Below are positions 59,315 to 64,000 of a stretch of DNA of 64,000 nucleotides, in pieces; position 1 is the first letter of the stretch; each line of letters starts with the position of its first letter. The position numbers and the translations under genes were made by a program. Location: assembly GCA_039630545.1 (NCBI GenBank), contig JBCNUU010000004.1, forward strand, positions 1-64,000, in the 5' to 3' direction. This stretch comes from Endomicrobiia bacterium (GTDB lineage: Bacteria; Elusimicrobiota; Endomicrobiia; DTEH01). Below the pieces are notes generated by a model that made no database searches, was not told where the DNA came from, and saw only the letters and a program-made list of their open reading frames with translations.

Positions 59315-60424
59315 ATGAATATAAAAATAGAAACTCCATATTATTTTATTGACGAAAAAAAAATAGTTAGAAATCTAAAAAAATTATTTTGGCTTAAAGA
59401 AAAAACCGGTATTAAAATTGTCCTTGCTTTAAAGTGTTTCTCAACATGGAGTGTATTTGGACTGATGCGTGAATATTTAGATGGGACCACAAGTAGTTCT
59501 TTATATGAAACAAGATTAGGATATGAAAAGTTTGGAAAAGAAACTCATGCATATTGTGTTGGTTACACTTTAGAAGAAATAAAAGAAGTAAAAAAATATT
59601 CAAATATAATTATTTTTAATTCTATAAGTCAACTTAAAAGATTTTATAAAGAAGTAAAAGAGCTAAGTATTGGTATAAGAATAAATCCAAAAGTAAGTTA
59701 TTCACAATATGACTTAGCAGATCCTGCAAGAAAGTTTTCAAGATTAGGGGTGATAGATAAAAATGAAGTAAAAAAAGTTCTTAATTTAATTGATGGTGTT
59801 ATGTTCCATTTCAACTGTGAAAATGATAACTTTGAAAATTTTTCACAAAATCTAGATTATATCTCTGAAACATATAAAGAGATCTTGCCTAAACTCAAAT
59901 GGGTCAGTCTAGGAGGTGGAATTTATTTAACAAAAAAAGGTTATCCTCTTAATAAATTTGCTAAAAAAATAAAATCATTTAGTAAAAGATTTAAACTCCA
60001 AATCTACTTAGAACCAGGTGAGGCAGTAATTACTGAAACCGCAGAGTTAATTACAAAAGTAGTAGATATTGTACATAACGAAATTGATATAGCAATAGTA
60101 GACGCCTCTACCGAAGCTCATATGTTAGATTTACTTATTTACAGGACACCTGCAAAAATCAAATCATACCCTGAAGGAAAATATAAATACATGATTGCAG
60201 GAAGATCATGCTTGGCGGGAGATATTTTTGGAATATATAATTTTAGAAAAAGATTAAAAGTTGGAGACATTATACGAATTCAAGATGCTGCTGGATATAC
60301 AATGGTTAAAAAAAATTGGTTTAACGGTTTGCAAATGCCTTCTATTGTAGTAAAAAGATTAAATGGAAACATAGAAATAGTAAGAAAATTTACATACGAA
60401 GATTATTTGTATAGCTTATCTTAG
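59315..60424 (+). CDS. nspC: Carboxy(nor)spermidine decarboxylase
   Basis: ETPYYFIDE, LALKCFS, SSLYE, RINP...DPARKFSRLG, EPGEA, SCLAGD, YTMVKKNWFNG; start re-called to ATG 59315. Confidence 0.9.
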   Translation: MNIKIETPYYFIDEKKIVRNLKKLFWLKEKTGIKIVLALKCFSTWSVFGLMREYLDGTTSSSLYETRLGYEKFGKETHAYCVGYTLEEIKEVKKYSNIIIFNSISQLKRFYKEVKELSIGIRINPKVSYSQYDLADPARKFSRLGVIDKNEVKKVLNLIDGVMFHFNCENDNFENFSQNLDYISETYKEILPKLKWVSLGGGIYLTKKGYPLNKFAKKIKSFSKRFKLQIYLEPGEAVITETAELITKVVDIVHNEIDIAIVDASTEAHMLDLLIYRTPAKIKSYPEGKYKYMIAGRSCLAGDIFGIYNFRKRLKVGDIIRIQDAAGYTMVKKNWFNGLQMPSIVVKRLNGNIEIVRKFTYEDYLYSLS

Positions 60425-60463
60425 AGATTCTTTAACTTTTTAAGAAAGGAGGTGAAAGATAAC

Positions 60464-61705
60464 ATGACAAGAAAAAATGTCTTGTTAATAGGTGCAGGAG
60501 GGGTAGCACATGTAGCTGCACATAAAATTGCCATGAATAATGACATTTTAGGAGATTTATGTATAGCTTCTAGGACACAAAGTAAATGTGATAAAATAAT
60601 TGAAAGTATAAAAAGAAAAGGCAATATAAAAGATTCTTCAAAGAAAATCTACTCTAGACAAATAGATGCTTTAAATGTAAAAGCTTTAATTGAATTAATA
60701 AAAGAAACCAATTCTGAGTTAGTGATTAACTTGGGACAGTCTTATGTAAATATGTCTGTTCTTGAAGCCTGTATAGAAACAGGGGCAGCTTATTTTGATA
60801 CAGCCATTCATGAAGAACCAGATAAAGTCTGTGAAGATCCACCATGGTATGCTAACTATGAGTGGAAAAGAAAAGACCGTTGTGCGCAAAAAGGAATAAC
60901 AGCTATTCTTTCTGTGGGTGCTGATCCTGGAATTGTAAATGCTTATACAGCATATGCCCAAAAACACTATTTTGACGAAATCACAACAGTTGACATCGTC
61001 GATGTAAATGCTGGCAATCACGGTAAATTTTTCGCAACAAATTTTGATCCAGAAATTAACTTTAGAGAATTTGTAAAAGCATGGGTATGGATAGATAAAA
61101 AATGGGTTGCAGAACCCGTCCATACAATTAAAAGAGAATTCGATTTACCAGGTCTTGGAAGGTACACTGTATATCTAAATGGTCATGATGAAATTCATTC
61201 TCTTTCTCAAAATATGGACATAAATACTATAAGGTTCTGGATGTATTTTTCAGATCATTATTTGAACGTATTTAATGTATTAAAAAATATAGGTTTAACA
61301 TCCCATCTTCCAGTAAAAACTCATGATGGAAGAGAAGTAATACCTCTAAGACTTCTCAAAGCTCTTTTCCCAGATCCCGCATCTTTAGCTGGGCCTAACT
61401 ATACAGGTGTGGAATGGATAGGAAATTTTATAATTGGCAAAAAAAACGGAAAAGACAGAGAAATGGTAATTTATTTAATATGTGACCACCAGGAAGTCTG
61501 GAAGGAAGTAGAATCACATGCTATATGTTACACCGCTGGAGTTCCACCTGTAGTAGCTGCAATTTTAGTAGCAAAAGGTATCTGGGATGTCAAAAAGATG
61601 GTAAATGTTGAAGAATTAGATCCTGATCCATTTTTAGAATTACTTTCAAAAAACGGACTAAAAACCCATATAGAAGTAAAAGAATACGAAAGGAAAACAA
61701 TTTAA
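60464..61705 (+). CDS. Carboxy(nor)spermidine dehydrogenase/synthase (saccharopine dehydrogenase family)
   Basis: IGAGGVA, GADPG, FATNFDPEINFRE, YTAGVP, NVEELDPDPF; AAGGAGGTG RBS before ATG 60464; adjacent to nspC. Confidence 0.88.
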   Translation: MTRKNVLLIGAGGVAHVAAHKIAMNNDILGDLCIASRTQSKCDKIIESIKRKGNIKDSSKKIYSRQIDALNVKALIELIKETNSELVINLGQSYVNMSVLEACIETGAAYFDTAIHEEPDKVCEDPPWYANYEWKRKDRCAQKGITAILSVGADPGIVNAYTAYAQKHYFDEITTVDIVDVNAGNHGKFFATNFDPEINFREFVKAWVWIDKKWVAEPVHTIKREFDLPGLGRYTVYLNGHDEIHSLSQNMDINTIRFWMYFSDHYLNVFNVLKNIGLTSHLPVKTHDGREVIPLRLLKALFPDPASLAGPNYTGVEWIGNFIIGKKNGKDREMVIYLICDHQEVWKEVESHAICYTAGVPPVVAAILVAKGIWDVKKMVNVEELDPDPFLELLSKNGLKTHIEVKEYERKTI

Positions 61706-61709
61706 AAAA

Positions 61710-62234
61710 CTAATTAAGTGTTCTTATGTAATTTCTAAGTTTTAGCCTTGCGATTGCTAATTTTATTTTTTGTGATTTATCCTTTAACTTTTTTTTAAGA
61801 ATTGATACTTTTTGACGAAGTAAAGGATGAATTAAATTTTTAGAAATTTCAACTAAAGGGTATAATACAAACTTTCTGTATTGAATTTTTGGATGAGGTA
61901 TAGACAAATTTTTCTTACTAATAATTTTTTTTCCATAAAATAAAATATCAATGTCTATTACTCTTGGTTGATATCTTTTATTATTTGATTTTCTTCCCAT
62001 TCTTTTTTCAATTTCTTTCAATTTTTTTAATAATCCAGTAGGTAATAGATCTGTATTTACTTTTACCACACAGTTATAAAATTCAGGTTGATTAGAATTT
62101 TCTAAAGGAGAAGTAAGATATATAGAAGAAGAATCAATAATTTTACAAAATTTTGACAAATAAAATAAAGCTTTTTTTATATTATTATATTTGTTACCTA
62201 AATTTGTACCAATGGAAAGATAAACTACTACCAT
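61710..62234 (-). CDS. folK: 2-amino-4-hydroxy-6-hydroxymethyldihydropteridine diphosphokinase
   Basis: YLSIGTNLG, IEKRMGR, PRVIDIDIL, IPHP; start re-called to ATG 62234 (TAATG coupling). Confidence 0.94.
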   Translation of the reverse strand: MVVVYLSIGTNLGNKYNNIKKALFYLSKFCKIIDSSSIYLTSPLENSNQPEFYNCVVKVNTDLLPTGLLKKLKEIEKRMGRKSNNKRYQPRVIDIDILFYGKKIISKKNLSIPHPKIQYRKFVLYPLVEISKNLIHPLLRQKVSILKKKLKDKSQKIKLAIARLKLRNYIRTLN

Positions 62235-63418
62235 TAAAGACAATCGCAAGCTTTTTTTATTCTTTCTATAGCTTCTTGAATCCTCTCTTTTGAAACGGTT
62301 AATGCAAATCTAACGTACCCTTCACCACTTTGACCCATACCTATACCTGGAGTAGATACCACACCAACATTTAGAAGTTTGTCAGCAAAAGACATAGAAG
62401 TTTCTCCTTCAGGAACTTTGCACCATATATAAAAAGTAGCTTTGGGCAATTCAACCTCTAAACCAATTTTTCTTAATCCTCCATAAAGCAGATCTCTTCT
62501 TTCTTTGTATATTCTTCTTATATTCTCCACACAATCTTGAGATCCCTCTAATGCAACAACAGCAGCATGTTGTATCGCGTTAAATACTCCAGAATCATAA
62601 TTATCTTTTACTTTTGCTAAACCTGCAATAATATCTTTGTTGCCCACAGCAAAACCCACTCTCCATCCAGTCATATTATAAGTTTTAGAAAGCGAATGAA
62701 ATTCAATTCCTATATCTTTAGCACCTTTCACTGAAAGAAAGCTAATAGGAGGAATTTCGTCAGTTCCCTTATCATCAAAATATATCTCAGAATAGGCACA
62801 GTCATGTGCTACTATAATATTATTCTCTTTTGCAAATTCAACCACTTTTTCAAAAAATTTTTTAGTAGCAACTTGTGTTGTAGGATTATTTGGATAATTA
62901 ATAAACATCAACTTTGTTTTTTTAAGAATTTCCTTTGGTATATCTTCTAAAACAGGCAAAAAACTATTTTCTTTTTTTAAAGACATGTAATAAATCTTAC
63001 CACCAGCTAAAATTACAGATGATTGATAAACCGGATATCCTGGTTCCGGTACTAATACATAGTCATCTTTATCTATAAAAGCCAAAGGAAGATGTGCTAT
63101 ACCTTCCTTTGATCCAATTAAAGAATGAATTTCTGTCTCGTAATCCAATTCAACATCAAACCTTTTTTTGTACCAATTAGCAACTGCTTTACGAAATTTT
63201 TCTAATCCTCTTCCAAAAGGATACTGATGATTTTTAGGATCTTCTACTGCTTTTTTCATTGCTTCAACAATATGATTAGGTGTAGGTATATCTGGATCTC
63301 CCACTCCTAAAGAAATTATATCTACACCTTTTTGTTGTAATTCTTTTTTCTTTCTATCAAGTTCAATAAATAAGTATGGTGGTAGTTTCATTAATTTTTC
63401 ACTATATTTTATTTCCAT
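62234..63418 (-). CDS. dapL: LL-diaminopimelate aminotransferase (class I aminotransferase)
   Basis: LPPYLF, LGVGDPD.PTP, LIGSKEG, NYPNNPT, EFHSLSKTYNMTGWRVG. Confidence 0.8.
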   Translation of the reverse strand: MEIKYSEKLMKLPPYLFIELDRKKKELQQKGVDIISLGVGDPDIPTPNHIVEAMKKAVEDPKNHQYPFGRGLEKFRKAVANWYKKRFDVELDYETEIHSLIGSKEGIAHLPLAFIDKDDYVLVPEPGYPVYQSSVILAGGKIYYMSLKKENSFLPVLEDIPKEILKKTKLMFINYPNNPTTQVATKKFFEKVVEFAKENNIIVAHDCAYSEIYFDDKGTDEIPPISFLSVKGAKDIGIEFHSLSKTYNMTGWRVGFAVGNKDIIAGLAKVKDNYDSGVFNAIQHAAVVALEGSQDCVENIRRIYKERRDLLYGGLRKIGLEVELPKATFYIWCKVPEGETSMSFADKLLNVGVVSTPGIGMGQSGEGYVRFALTVSKERIQEAIERIKKACDCL

Positions 63419-63429
63419 AGTTTACCCCT

Positions 63430-63897
63430 TCATTTTTTAAAGTTTTTAACCATAATCAGAGCATCTTCTTTATCTGGATAAAAACTTTTTTTTATTTTAA
63501 ACTCATTAAACCCAAACTTTCTATAAAAAGAAACAGCTCTAATATTACTTAATCTAACTTCTAAAATTACTGTCTCTATCCCACTTAAAATTAAATCATC
63601 AAGTAAATATTTTAAAAGTTTACTTCCTACTCCTTTGTTTTGATATTCTTTTTTGACTGAAATATTATAAATATGAGCAAGTCTATCTGACAATCCGCAC
63701 ACTACATAACCTATTACAATATCTTCAAGTCTAGCTACATAAAATCTTCTTATGTTTTTTGAAAGCTGAAAATTAAAATAGATAAAATTTTTATCCCATG
63801 GAAATTTAAAATTTTCTTTTTCTATCAAATAAATCTGATGTAGATCTTTAAGTGTAGCTTCTTCAATAATTAAATTATCTAAAACCAAATCTGTCAT
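63430..63897 (-). CDS. rimI: Ribosomal-protein-alanine N-acetyltransferase (GNAT)
   Basis: IEKENFKFPW, HIYNISV...YQNKGVG, LEVRLSN..A..FY.KFGF, EDALIM. Confidence 0.85.
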   Translation of the reverse strand: MTDLVLDNLIIEEATLKDLHQIYLIEKENFKFPWDKNFIYFNFQLSKNIRRFYVARLEDIVIGYVVCGLSDRLAHIYNISVKKEYQNKGVGSKLLKYLLDDLILSGIETVILEVRLSNIRAVSFYRKFGFNEFKIKKSFYPDKEDALIMVKNFKK

Positions 63898-64000
63898 TTT
63901 TAATAAACTCTATAAGCTTCTTTAAAGATAAAACAGAACCAGATACATCAACTTTTTCTTTTAATGCTATATCAGACGCCGGGCCATGTCCAGGGGATAC
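63875..64000 (-). CDS. 3' end of a PdxA-family dehydrogenase (partial; absent from ORF track)
   Basis: Hand translation VSPGHGPASDIALKEKVDVSGSVLSLKKLIEFIKNDRFGFR* resembles the PdxA C-terminal SPDHGTAFDIAGK motif. Confidence 0.6.
   Translation of the reverse strand, partial: VSPGHGPASDIALKEKVDVSGSVLSLKKLIEFIKNDRFGFR

Overview
AT-rich bacterial chromosome segment; nearly every gene is on the minus strand. The lineage cannot be fixed from sequence alone; gene content suggests a diderm anaerobe, possibly Elusimicrobiota-like (inference). From left to right: (1) 1-11.9 kb, an uncharacterised envelope locus with a secreted helical protein, an ECF sigma factor, a membrane protein with a glycogen-binding (CBM48/AMPK-beta-like) domain, a ~2,490-aa repeat-rich exported protein with a T9SS-type-A-like C-terminal domain, a secreted FecR-domain protein and a likely beta-barrel. 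(2) tRNA-Gly(CCC) and an orphan motAB pair. (3) 13.5-43 kb, housekeeping genes: cimA, hisBDC, murA, prmC, prfA, rpmE, ispH, aro/phe/tyr genes, frameshifted prfB, tRNA-Leu(GAG), secG, pgk, gap, argJC, nadC, uvrB, surE, rny, rarA, zapAB. (4) 43.9-57.2 kb, a 17-gene group 4 membrane-bound [NiFe]-hydrogenase/Mrp operon headed by an AsrA/AsrB (HydB/HydG)-like NAD(P)H module, with a Rex-like operator. (5) dksA-like, a polyamine cluster, folK, dapL, rimI and a partial pdxA. The strongest non-coding signals are a 37-bp bulged inverted repeat that pairs the zapA RBS/start with the sequence just after its own stop codon, an ECF-type promoter at the end of the sigma gene, and the Rex box. No CRISPR array, rRNA, integrase or transposase was seen.
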